Source: Elsinoe ampelina
Lineage: Eukaryota
Length of the DNA stretch: 64,000 nucleotides
Assembly (NCBI GenBank): GCA_010093995.1
Contig: ML992507.1
Location: 679,576 to 743,575 of the forward strand
Reading direction: 5' to 3'
In this document: in pieces, positions 11,696-22,820 of the stretch
Layout of the letters: every line of letters begins with the position of its first letter
Position numbering within the stretch: position 1 is the first letter of the stretch
Program-made: the position numbers and the translations under genes
Notes under the pieces: generated by a model
Seen by the model: the letters and a program-made list of their open reading frames with translations, nothing else
Databases searched by the model: none
Told to the model about the DNA's origin: nothing

Positions 11696-13111
11696 CAGTC
11701 GAATTCGCTTCAAACGAGCCACCCCGGTCTTGGCGCTGAACATCAAAGTGTATTTTTGTGATTTTTGCGCGGGGGGGGCTTTTGCCACCCGATTTTATAT
11801 TAGCTTTAGCTTAGTAAATCACTATATAGACTAGATAAGCTATATACTAATCGATAGCTCTCTCTAGACGCTACCTAGTAATATAGAAATTAAAGTATAA
11901 ATAGCCTTATCTAGACTAGTAACTTTACTAGTAAAACTCTTACTATTAGGGGTACCCCCTACCTTACTAGCTATATAGAGCCTTATAGTCTATATTATCT
12001 ATTCTATAAGCTTCTATTAGAGCACCTCTAGGAGCGCGTAGTAGCCTTATAGCTTAAAATAGCTTATCTAGACTAGAATTAACTCTAGAAAGAAATTTTA
12101 TAGTAATTTCCTTAAAGAGCTAATATATAGAATAAAAAACTAGAAAGTAAGACTATTAAAACATCAAAAGAAAAAACTAAACTATAGACAACCTTTAAAA
12201 GAAAAAAAACAGCAAAAAAAACTAGAAATAAAAATAATAAAAAACTACATAACTAATATAATAACTAATATAATAAAAACCAAAACAAATAAGAAAAAAA
12301 AGAAATAACCTACTACAAAAGATAAAAACAAAAATAAACCAAAAGTAGAATAATATAAAATATATATAAGCTATTTAAAAAAAATACTAAAAAAGCACTT
12401 TCTAGAGCTAATTCTAGTCTAGATAAGCTAGTTTAAGCTATAAGGCTACTACGCGCTCCTAGAGGTGCTCTAATAGAAGCTTATAGAATAGATAATATAG
12501 ACTATAAGGCTCTATATAGCTAGTAAGGTAGAGGGTACCTCTAATAGTAAGAGTTTTACTAGTAAAGTTACTAGTCTAGATACTTATTATTAAGCTATAA
12601 ACTATATATCTCTAAATAGGCCTAATCTAGAGCTACTTAGTAGTATATAGCTTACTTAGTCTAGTAGTATATCTAGCTAGATATAAGCTATCTAAAATCT
12701 ATACTATAAAAGTACTTTCTAGAGCTAATTCTAGTCTAGATAAGCTATTTTAAGCTATAAAGCTACTACGCGCTCCTAGAGATAGCTATAGACTATATAC
12801 TTAGCTACTATATATACTCTATATAGCTTTCTAGAGCTAGTAAAGTAGAGGGTACCCCTAATAGTAAGAGTTTTACTAGTAAAGTTACTAGTCTAGATAC
12901 TTATTATTAAGCTATAAACTATATATCTCTAGATAGGCCTAAGCTAGGGCTATTACTAGATAACTTCTCTATTATTCTATTATCAATATATAGCTAGTTA
13001 TAGCTAATATAAAATTAAGTAGTAAAAGTCTCCCCTATATAAAAATTATAAAAATATACTTTAACGTTTAGTACTAAGACTAGGGTAGCTTGTTTAAAGC
13101 GAATTCGACTA
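11696..13111. mobile_element. Non-autonomous fold-back/MITE-like sub-element with about 110-bp TIRs
   Basis: 13002-13111 is an inverted copy of 11696-11805 differing only by transitions, and is followed by TA. It contains internal inverted and tandem sub-repeats. Confidence 0.8.
11908..12582. repeat. 185-bp inverted repeat (11908-12092 / 12398-12582) around a 305-bp A-rich spacer
   Basis: Arms are reverse complements with only about 4 mismatches. Much of the right arm recurs 317 bp downstream, starting at 12715. Confidence 0.85.
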
Positions 13112-13249
13112 TATAGGCTTAGTAATAGTTTATACTAACTTTATATTACTAAAATTTAGTAGCTAGAGGTCTAGATAGAGTACTATTAAATTAAAGCTAA
13201 ATTAAAGCTCTAAAAAGGTATAATAATAGCTATACTACTTAAATTAAAG

Positions 13250-14270
13250 TATTACTATTATAGTTAACTATTAAATTACTCTAATTAAGCTAGCAGAGAT
13301 ATAGTTCTTACTTACTAAGAGATATACTAACTATAGTATATATTATACTACTAAAGTTACTAGAGCTACTATTTATTAAATCTATCTATCTCTTAAGTTC
13401 TTTAGTACTTCTTATCTACTAGTTGATACTTATACCTTATAGCCTTATACTTTCTTATAATAGAAAGAAGATATAAGTCTTATCTAGCTAAGCTCTTTCT
13501 CTACTAACCTTATTAAGAATATAATAGCCTATCTTAATAATATTTCTACTACCTATATTAACAAAATTTAAGACTTCTTACTAGAGATTTATAACTACTA
13601 GGTATTAATAAGTACTATCTAGAGGATAATTTACTACTAGTAGTAGAGTTAGAAGGTAGTTAAGAAGGTAGTAGTAGAGAGAGATATAGTACTAAAGGAG
13701 AACTAAAGCTATTAGTATAAGCTATAGCTAGTAGAGCATATTATTTATATCGACGAGTTAGCTTATAATAAATAGATAGTATAGAGGAGATATAGCTAGT
13801 TACTAGTAAGTAAAGAGTATATAGATATCTAGCTAAAGTAGTATAGTAAGAGGTAAAGTATTTTACTAGCTATATCTATTAATAGCTATCTTTCTAGTAC
13901 CTTAATCTACTATAGATTAATTACTAGTAATATCTTTATTAGCTAGCTAAGAGATATAATATTACTAGAGTTACTAGCTAGTATAATCCTAGTAATAGAT
14001 AATATATTAATCTACTAGTATAACAAGGTAAAAGAGCTAGTATAAGAGTATAGAAGTTACCTTAAATACCTACTACTATATTTACTAGATTTTAATCTAA
14101 TTAAGTAGTTATTTATAGTATTAAAAGTATAGGTAAAGTAATACTATAATCTTATTAATAGCTATAATAATTACACCGATTTCTTAGAGCTAGTAGTAGT
14201 AGCGTATAGTAGATAGTATACTAAGATACACTTTAAGAGCTATAGATATAGTATAAAGTTATAGGAGATC
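13250..14270 (+). pseudogene. RIP-degenerated Tc1-family DD34E transposase (ends approximate)
   Basis: Reversing C>T/G>A changes gives YIDES (D 13752), RRYGWSP, WSILPA, ILVMDNASIH (D 13998) and YLPPYSPDFNPIE (E 14103), all in one frame, with 34 codons between the second D and E. Confidence 0.85.
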
Positions 14271-14329
14271 TATATTAGCTTATAAGAGATTACTTATATT
14301 AAATAATTTAATACTAAGAAATAGTAAAA

Positions 14330-16300
14330 ACTCTTTATAGCTACCTTCTCCCTTCTATACTACCTTTATACCTCTCTAAGTTAGATTAATTAATCTACCT
14401 TAGTAGCTAAACTAGATTAATACCTAATTTACTAGCTAGTAGAGATAAGCTACCTATCTTAGCTAGTAAAATAGCTATTTAGCTAAGCTATAAGATAGAT
14501 AGCTTATCTAGTTTAGCTACTAAGATAAGTACTAATATTACTTATATTAATCTACCCTAGCTCTTTTAAGTATCTTAGCGTAGTACTAGTACTTAAAGAA
14601 GCTTATTTAGTATTAAATCTAGTAAAGGAGGCCTTTATTAAAGACCTAAGTATCTCTCTATCTATTTACGTAAATACCTCTTACTCTATTAAGATTATAG
14701 TTCTTCTTTTTTAGTTTAAATTTGACCTAAGATAATAGCTTAATATTATTTCTAAAGCTTCTTTTACTCTTTAACTAGTTGAAAAATTTAGTTAATACCT
14801 TATAGAGATTAGTCTCTAAGGTAATAGGTAAGAATCTTATATTAGTAGAAGAAGATATAGAGTATATATAAGAGCTTAGAGTAATTATATTAGTAATATT
14901 AATATAGTTAATAAGGGTTATTAAAGGCGCTAGTAGTACTAGTAGCACTAGTATTAGTATTAGAGATATTAGAGAAGTACTTAAAGAGACGCTTCTTATA
15001 CTATATAGCTTACTCTAATTAAGTAATAGAGTAAGACCTAGAGAGAGTTACTTAAGTAAGGCTCTACTATTACGAATAGTACTAAACTAAGTAAGCTTAT
15101 CTATTATAGAGACTCGTTAGTACTTACTAGTTATAGTACACTAGTAAAGGCCTTAATAGTTAATATAGCTATAATTACTATAACTCTATAAGCTTTTTAA
15201 GTCTAGCTTCTTATTACTATTTACGCCTTTAAGTACTTCTTATAACTAGCTTATTACTAACTCTTAGCCTTATAAAGATTATAACTATAGTAGTACTAAC
15301 TCGACTAAAGATATAGTCTACCTTACTAGAGCTAGTTTAAGGCTTAAAAACTATAAAGGCCTTAGTAGAGGTACTATTAAAGAGCTTAGAACTAGTATAG
15401 TTAGTACTAGCTATATAACTTAAAGAGGTAGTATAGAGTTTATAGTAGCTATAGATTTTTTTACCTTAGCTATAAGACTAACTCTAAGTAACTAGTAGCC
15501 TTCTTTAAGCTACTCTATAAGCTTATTAACTAGCCTTTATATCTTAGCTAGCTAGAAGAAGGCTAATTTCTATACGTTACTATAACTAAGACCTTTATAG
15601 ATAGTAGAGTACTTAATAATAAGTAGCTTAAGTTAAGCTTAAGTAATAAAGCTAGCCTTCTCTAGTAACTACTCTAAGATTAATAACTAGCTAATATTAA
15701 TAGCCTTCTTAAATATACGCTTATTATTAAATAGTGTCTTACTACCTTACTTTACTACTAACTTTATCTCTATCTTATAACTATAATATAAAGTATCTAA
15801 GTTATCTAGATTACTCTCTAGTAACTCTAGTATCTACGATAACTCTAGTACTTATATAGCTTTCTCTTATATCGTATCTACCTCTTTAACTAACTATCTT
15901 AGCTAGTCTCTTACTAGTATTAATCTAATTTAGAAGTGTACTAGTTATACTATAGCTTAGAAGGTATAGTATCTAGCTTACTTAGTAAGTTACTTAAGAG
16001 CTTAGTTAGTATTTAGAACACTTAGATAAGCTACTACTAGAGGTACTTAAGGTACTAGAGTACGTAGTCTAATTATTAGTTCTTAGTAGAGGTACTTCTC
16101 TACCTTATCTAGAGAACTTAAGAAGGGAGTTAGTAACTATAATAATTATCTTACTAGTAGTAATAATAGTAGTAATAACGCTAGAAGGCTAGAGCCTATC
16201 TCTATTACCTTCTACGCTACTCTAGAGAGTCTCTTTATATAGCTAGTATAATAGCTAGTCTATATAGTAGTATACTTACGAGCTATAACTACTAGCTTAA
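14330..16300 (-). pseudogene. RIP-degenerated second gene inside the Tc1 element, convergent with the transposase (ends approximate)
   Basis: Minus-strand codon structure with only TAA/TAG stops in the parts read. De-RIP near 15188-15040 gives W-x-C-x4-C-x-N-x4-C-W-x4-GKH...W..AI..G.A. Confidence 0.5.
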
Positions 16301-16740
16301 TCTATACTAGTGCTCTATTACACCTTATTTTAGCTTCAATTTTTGCTTAATTCGGCGTTAGTAACGAGCAATTACTATCTATATTTTCTCTCGACCTCTG
16401 GCTACTAAATTTTGGTGATGTAAAGTCGGCACAAACTATCGCCAAGCCCGGGGTGGCTCGTTTGAAGCGAATTCGACTGTAACCATTGATTTCAGGTCTT
16501 TCGCTTTCTCCTGCTCTCTTTTGTGTCTGACCACATTTTTGCCTCGTTGCCTAATCTAGGATTATGTGGCGCTCGTTCATTTCGATGATGCCTAGACAGG
16601 CGGTAATACAATAATCATGGAAAAAGGTGAGACTAGTGCATTGGCACCAGGCGGCACAGCAGGTAATTTCCCACCTGTCTCTTTTGCGATTTTATGTAGC
16701 AAGTCCTATTCTACGCATGCTGTTCCATGCATCAGATATC

Positions 16741-18374
16741 ATGACGAGAAATTTGCCTTTGCGACTTCGCAATGCGAGCAGGCCGACAGCTGATCTTCGG
16801 TATCGACCATTACCCAGACCTTTGACGAGCTCGAGAGCACTTGCAGCGGTGTCACATCTGAGAGTGTCCGCGCAGCATCCGCCGACCAGCAACATAGAGA
16901 CCGGCCTCGATTACGAGCGGTGCGCTGCTTTACACAATGCGATAGTACGATATGCATGGGATACTGCTGGGTTTGAGCCCGCTCTCATGCCGGAAACAGT
17001 CTGGTGGGATGCGGAACACAACCTCAAACACAGAGATGAAGCTGGAGCCATGATGCATCCGACTGTTCAAGCCTTCCTGCAACTGGCTTTGGAAGTCCCG
17101 GTGCACCCGGGCGCATTGCCTGGCGGTCGCTTCCATTATTACGCTGAGACCCTAGTCTACGCGGAGTGCATTGTCGATGGGTTTTACAGCGGCTTTCAGT
17201 ATGACAATGAGCCTCTCCGAATTGTCCCGCTATACTCTACCGACCCAGAAATTACAGAAAGTGCGATAGGTGTCATGTGGGTATTGTGTCCGCCTTTACG
17301 GACTTGGCTGACAGCCGGAACAGCTACGACCAAACCAGACACATGTGCTTTTATAACGAGTACGACCCTGACATCCTCTGGGGTATCGAAGATGATGAAG
17401 ATGATACCTCACATCTCTGGCACCCTCTTGAGACTGTTCTGACACTATTCATTGAGCTGATCGAGCGGGAAAAGTTTGTCGTTCTTCACCATACAGTGAA
17501 ACGGGCGCCAACAGGCTTTGGGCCTACCACACTACCAGATGGGTCGCGAGAGTGGGTCAGTAACCCTCCTGCCGAACAACCACAACAGGATCCCGTTTCA
17601 GGAGCGAGAAGGCACGATGAGACCCAGGAGCCATGGACTGTGCAGCCATTTACAAAGCAAGACTTGGCACTGACATTGGATAACTGGAATGCACTCCTTG
17701 ACGCTATCGAGAGCCGCCTCCCTGGACATGCCGAGCCCGCCGCACAGGAAGATGTCGCCTTCACGGAGACTATGCTGACAGAAGCGGGTCTGCCAAAGGA
17801 GCACTTCATCTGGCAATTCCTCTCCAAAACAAGGAAGCCCCGCTTCACTCATCTGGGCCCTGGTCTCCGCCTCGTCTCCCCCGATGAGTTGATTCATCCA
17901 CCCCATCGCCACATTGGTACTTTGAGCAACGTCGAAAATTGTCCAATCCTTTTCCTGATTGGCAGCGACGATCAGCAGACCCGCGACGTATGGAACCACC
18001 ATCTCGAGACTCGTATACCATGGGGCTTGTACTTCGACGAAGTCCGCGACAGGTGTCTCTTCGAGGATGGTTGTAAGCTTGTCCTGCCGTTTCCGGTGGC
18101 CTCTCGAGATATGGAACTCAGAGACGGCCGGCGATACAAGAACAACGAGGGCCTATTCCAGCTTGGGATTTCCAACCCCTTTATACTATCTCACGCTCCG
18201 CAACTAGCCATGATACTCGGGTACTTCACCGAGTTCGTGAGAAGCGGAAAGTGGCAAGTTGGAGTGGACGGAGTGCTCGACGGTACCGACTGGTGGAAGA
18301 TTGCAGATACGGAAGACGAGGACATCTTGAAAGACTTCTTCCCAGAGGTCGGTTGCGGGAGAGATTGGGTGTGA
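16741..18374 (+). CDS. Conserved fungal hypothetical protein; exons about 16741-17276, 17324-18374 (start could be 16717)
   Basis: Two long ORFs joined in frame by intron GTGGGT 17277..CAG 17323 with GCTGAC branch site. LDYERCAALHNAI and WQVGVDGV motifs; Arg-rich N-terminus resembling a mitochondrial presequence. Confidence 0.75.
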
Positions 18375-19037
18375 CATGTAGCTCACGCTTGGGCACCGTC
18401 ACGATCTCAATATTGTTGACGCTTTGAGAGATCATGGGCGTCTGGCTAGCACTCTTCCGCAACGTGAAAAGCTATTGCGGTAGAGCGACCTCCGAATGTG
18501 CGGCACAGGCTCTGGAGCCTCCCAGAACTGACGTTCCTTAAAGACCGAGTACGTTTCGAGGTGTGACTGACAACCTCGCGGACGCGTACGGCAGTCTTGC
18601 TCCCGCTCTCGTCGTAATCGGAGTCAGCTCCACCAGTCTTACCCTTATGCAAGGGGAATGTCCCTTCCTTCTTCCAGTGGTACTTCCTGGGCGAATCAGT
18701 ACCATTTTCCAATGGTGGTTATTGTGACCACTCGCTGCCTCAAAATATACTGGATTTGCTTCAAGTGCGCCATATAATCCTTGCCCGGCTTATCCTCACA
18801 GGCCCAGTCCAGTTCGGCAAGCTTGACCACATCTGCACGCATCTCCTTCGGCATCTGCATACAAGCGCGGTTCTTGTTGGCGAAAGTTGTACATGCCCAT
18901 GCATAGCGTTCCACTCTTGTCTGCTTGCCTTTGTTCAGAGTGAGGTCGTCATCGGGGAATTAGCACTTGCGCTCACTCTGAATGACACACTGGACACATG
19001 GGTTGAAATGAGATGACATGGAAAAGCGCCTACATGT

Positions 19038-19445
19038 TTACATGAGTCCGAAGCCCGTCGCCAGCAGGCCCAACATCGCCAGACTCAGGAGTCCTTGCTT
19101 GCCTCCACCAAGAATGGGCGCGGCGTCGCTCGCGCCACTGCTCGCGGTCCCACAAAGAATCGCATTCCTAGCTGTACCATTACTAGCGAATCGCGCAGCA
19201 CTACTAACACACGCAGAGAAGAGTGGCATGTCAACCGTCGTTGCACAATACTGCGTGCAATTGTTGTATGTGCGGACGTCGGTGGTGTTGCAACATTCGG
19301 AGAAGCCTCCTAGTGGGACAGGAAAGTTGATACTGCAGTAATCGGTGCCGGGAGTGTAGTTGGCCAGTAGGCTGTAGGGCACCTGGGGTGTTTGGAAGGG
19401 GTCGCATCTTGAGAAGTTCTGGGCTGGCGGAAGAGTCGAATTCAT
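19038..19445 (-). CDS. Small 8-Cys protein (135 aa) with a hydrophobic C-terminal GPI-like or tail-anchor signal
   Basis: C..C..CC..C..YC..C..C pattern, several N-glycosylation sequons, and a Ser/Gly/Ala linker followed by LLSLAMLGLLATGFGLM. Confidence 0.7.
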   Translation of the reverse strand: MNSTLPPAQNFSRCDPFQTPQVPYSLLANYTPGTDYCSINFPVPLGGFSECCNTTDVRTYNNCTQYCATTVDMPLFSACVSSAARFASNGTARNAILCGTASSGASDAAPILGGGKQGLLSLAMLGLLATGFGLM

Positions 19446-19754
19446 TGTCGATTGTCGGAACCTCGTTACATCTAGCAATGAGTTGATGATGTGCTATGGT
19501 TTACCCTTTTGCAAAAATGGAGATGAGAGGGGAAAGTGCTTGGAACTGATTGCTGTAAAGGACCAGAACGACGCGTAGTAAAGGGATAACGACATTCTTT
19601 AATGAAATAATCACAAACGCTTGCTCTCACCTTCAGCTCCCGGCGCAGGCTCAGAGGCTGAAACACGATGTTGCGGCTGTGGTAGATTGAGCAGGGTAAG
19701 AGCTCGGGCGGGAACCAAAATTCCACACCGCTGCGCCGCCAGCTCCACTTTACT

Positions 19755-19823
19755 CCGCTCCGCGCCAAGCAATGTCAACCGAGGTTCTGGCCGGCGCAGC
19801 TGTTTGACAAAAACCTGGTCACC
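19755..19823 (+). repeat. 69-bp flank sequence duplicated exactly at 25159-25227
   Basis: CCGCTCCGCGCCAAGC...AAACCTGGTCACC occurs on both sides of the copia element. Confidence 0.95.
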
Positions 19824-22731
19824 TGTCAACCGAGGTATAAGCTGGAGCGCCAAGAAGGACCCTGATTCAGTTCATCCCCTAGTAGAACTGAATACTTATC
19901 TACTACTCTACTAATTTATGATCAAATTAGATAGTTATTGTCTTAATCTATTATTATTTAGGAGTTCTATTAATTTAGTTATCTCTTAGTTTATTAGGTT
20001 AAGTATTTATGTAGTTATAATCTACCTTAGTTTAGTAGATTAGGTAGTAATAAATCTCTTTCTCTTTATATATAAGCTAATAGTTATAAGCCCGGTATAA
20101 CTACCCCTATATAAGTATATTACTTAGTTACTTTCCTACTTAATCTATTAGTTAATTCTCTATTATTTTGCTTTTTAAGCATTAGAATCTATTAAGAACT
20201 ATCTTAATTATAACTATAGGATTTAAGTATTAATAAAGAGATAAATAACTATAGATACTAATACCTTAATAGCTAGAACACCTATTATTCTTACTATATC
20301 GGCTAAATAGGCTAGCTAGCTATATATTATTAAGATAAGAGCTTTAAATACTAAGATATAGAACCTTATTAATCCCTAGAAGACTATTAAGCTAAAGAAG
20401 CTCCCTAAGCCTTAGAGGCTAGAGGTAGTAAGTATTAACTTCTTAGTACTCTTCTAGATATATAAGGAGGAATAAGTATAGTATAATAAATAATATAAGG
20501 CCTTAGCTAATTTAGCTAGCCTTATTTAGTTATTAATTATACTATAAGTTCTTACTATTATTTAGCTAGAAGAGAATTCTTATCTATAGACTATTCTTTA
20601 AGCTTTAAAGAACAAATTTACTCTATCTAATATAGCTATTTAGCTTAAGGTTAAAGTACTCTAGAGGAAGTAGCTATCTAGTTCTTCCTTATAGAATATA
20701 GACTATTAGCTTTAGTAATAGAAAGAGATTATAGATAAGGCTAGGAATTATAATCTACTAGAAGCTTAAGGCTTAAGGCTATAGAGAGACTTCTTACTCT
20801 CTATCTCTAAAACTAAACTAGTATTTACTAATAAGTACCTTATTAATCTAGATTTACTAACTCTACTAACTATACTTAAACTAATTACTAAATTTAGATA
20901 GTTCTATAAGCTTTATAAGCTATATAATACTATAAAGACTAGTAAGGGAGCTATAGCCTTCTCTATAGCTACTAAGAATATTCTTTATAAGAAACCTAGT
21001 CCTATTAGGGAGCCTAAGTATATATATTAAGGCTAGTATAAGTAGAATAAGTACTATTACTTAAATAAGTATATAAGGCTAAATAGATAGATACTAAACT
21101 AGTAAACTATAAAGGAGATTAGATAAAGGCTAAATAATAAGATGCTTAAGGAGAGAATTAATACTATTCTTACTAAAGAAGTATAACATTAAAAAGAGTT
21201 AACTCTACTAGTACTAATTAATATAGCTATAACTATAGAATTATACTTAGTATTTATTTTAGCTACTAGTAATATCTTAAGCTTATAGATACTAGACTCT
21301 AGAGTAACTAATTATATCTATAATTATACTATAAAGGATAGATATAAGGTTACTAGAATTATAAAACCCTATAAGAAACTATTCTATAGTAATACCTTAC
21401 TTAGTATTAAGAGTTAGAGAACTATTAATATTATAGCTCTTTATAAAGGAAAGTCTATAACTATCTATCTTATAAAGGTAGCCTATATACTATTAATTAT
21501 AACTAATCTAGTTAGCCTTAGAAGGTTTATTAATAGTAGAGTCTACTAGAATACTTAAACTATAGAAGTTAACTATAAAGAAAAAGTACTTTTCTTAGTT
21601 ATACTAAAGTATAACTAATATATACTAGAGAATAACTCTAAAGCTTTCTATATTACTTCTATAGTATTAAAGGAGAATAAGGATTCTTAACTATCTATCT
21701 TTACTATAGTTACTATAAGGACTAATTAGTCTTAGTATAAAGTTATAGGCTATCTAAGCTTAGAATCTATTAATTACCTTCTAACTACTATAGTTAGTAG
21801 TAAACTAACTCTAACTAAGCTTAGCTTAGTTTAACTAATCTATCTTAGGTCTTTATATTAGACTTATAAGCTATTAAATACTTAGTAGATTATATTAAGG
21901 AGCCTAGATACTAAAATTACTATATTAAAGCTATTTAAAAGAACTACCTTTAATATTATTATTAATAGATTTACTAGCTATAATAAAGTAAGATATATAA
22001 GCTACTTTACTTATAGGACTACTAACTATTAACTAATTACTAACTATACTTATAAATATAAGATTAATAAAATCTATATTAAGATAATTATCTATATTAA
22101 AAGTAATTTTAGTTTTAAGATTAGATTCCTTAGGAGTAATAATAAGAGAGTCTTTAGCCTTAAATTTACTATCTTTCTAAATAGTAAAGAAATCTATTAT
22201 AAGCTATCTACTCTATATACTTAAGCTTAGAATAGTTATAATAAAAAGATAAGATCTATACTATTAAGGAAAGTAAGAGTAATTACTATCTTTACTAATC
22301 TACTAAGAGAATTATACTCTAAATTATATAGATTAGTAGCCTATCTAATTAATAGAATACCTCTTAAGAAGCTAGACTAGAAGACTCCTTTTAAGCTAGT
22401 TTATAGATACTTTCTATTAGTTACTTACCTTAGGCTACTTAGATATAAAGCTTATACTTTAGATAAGCTTATTATAAGTAGTAATAAGCTTATACTAAGG
22501 GCTTATATTAGCTATCTAGTTAGTTATAACTTAACTAATATATTTAGAATCTTTATACTAGCCTCTAAGAAGGTTATTAGAATAAGAGATATTAGATTTA
22601 ATAAAACTTAGTTCTATAAGCTAGAGGAATAGCCTTAACTAAAACTAATTAGATTACTTAATCTACTAAAGCTCCTATAGAAGGTTAATAAATCTAAAGA
22701 AGTATATAAAGTAGAGGAAATAACTAAACTA

Positions 22732-22820
22732 AATCTAGTTTAGAATCTAGTTTAGAATCTAGTTTAGTATCTAGTTTAGAGTCTAGTTTAATATCTAGTT
22801 TAGAATCTAGTTTAGAGTCT
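22732..22820 (+). repeat. 12-bp tandem repeat (AATCTAGTTTAG, about 7 copies) in the IN-RT linker
   Basis: Directly visible; frame-preserving four-codon unit. Confidence 0.85.

Larger units (their letters stand above)
11696..16479. mobile_element. Compound Tc1/mariner-type DNA transposon, RIP-inactivated
   Basis: 40-bp outer TIRs CAGTCGAATTCGCTTCAAACGAGCCACCCCGG(T/G)CTTGGCG at 11696-11735 and 16440-16479 (1 mismatch). TA on both sides (11694-11695, 16480-16481). Interior is TpA-rich with no ORFs. Confidence 0.92.

Noticed and set aside
18446..18960. Overlapping protein-like minus-strand ORFs
   Set aside because: No start or splice structure and no family could be supported; at most a relic.
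22732..22820. Regular short repeat considered as CRISPR-like or telomeric
   Set aside because: No spacers, eukaryotic context, and it lies in frame within the copia polyprotein linker.
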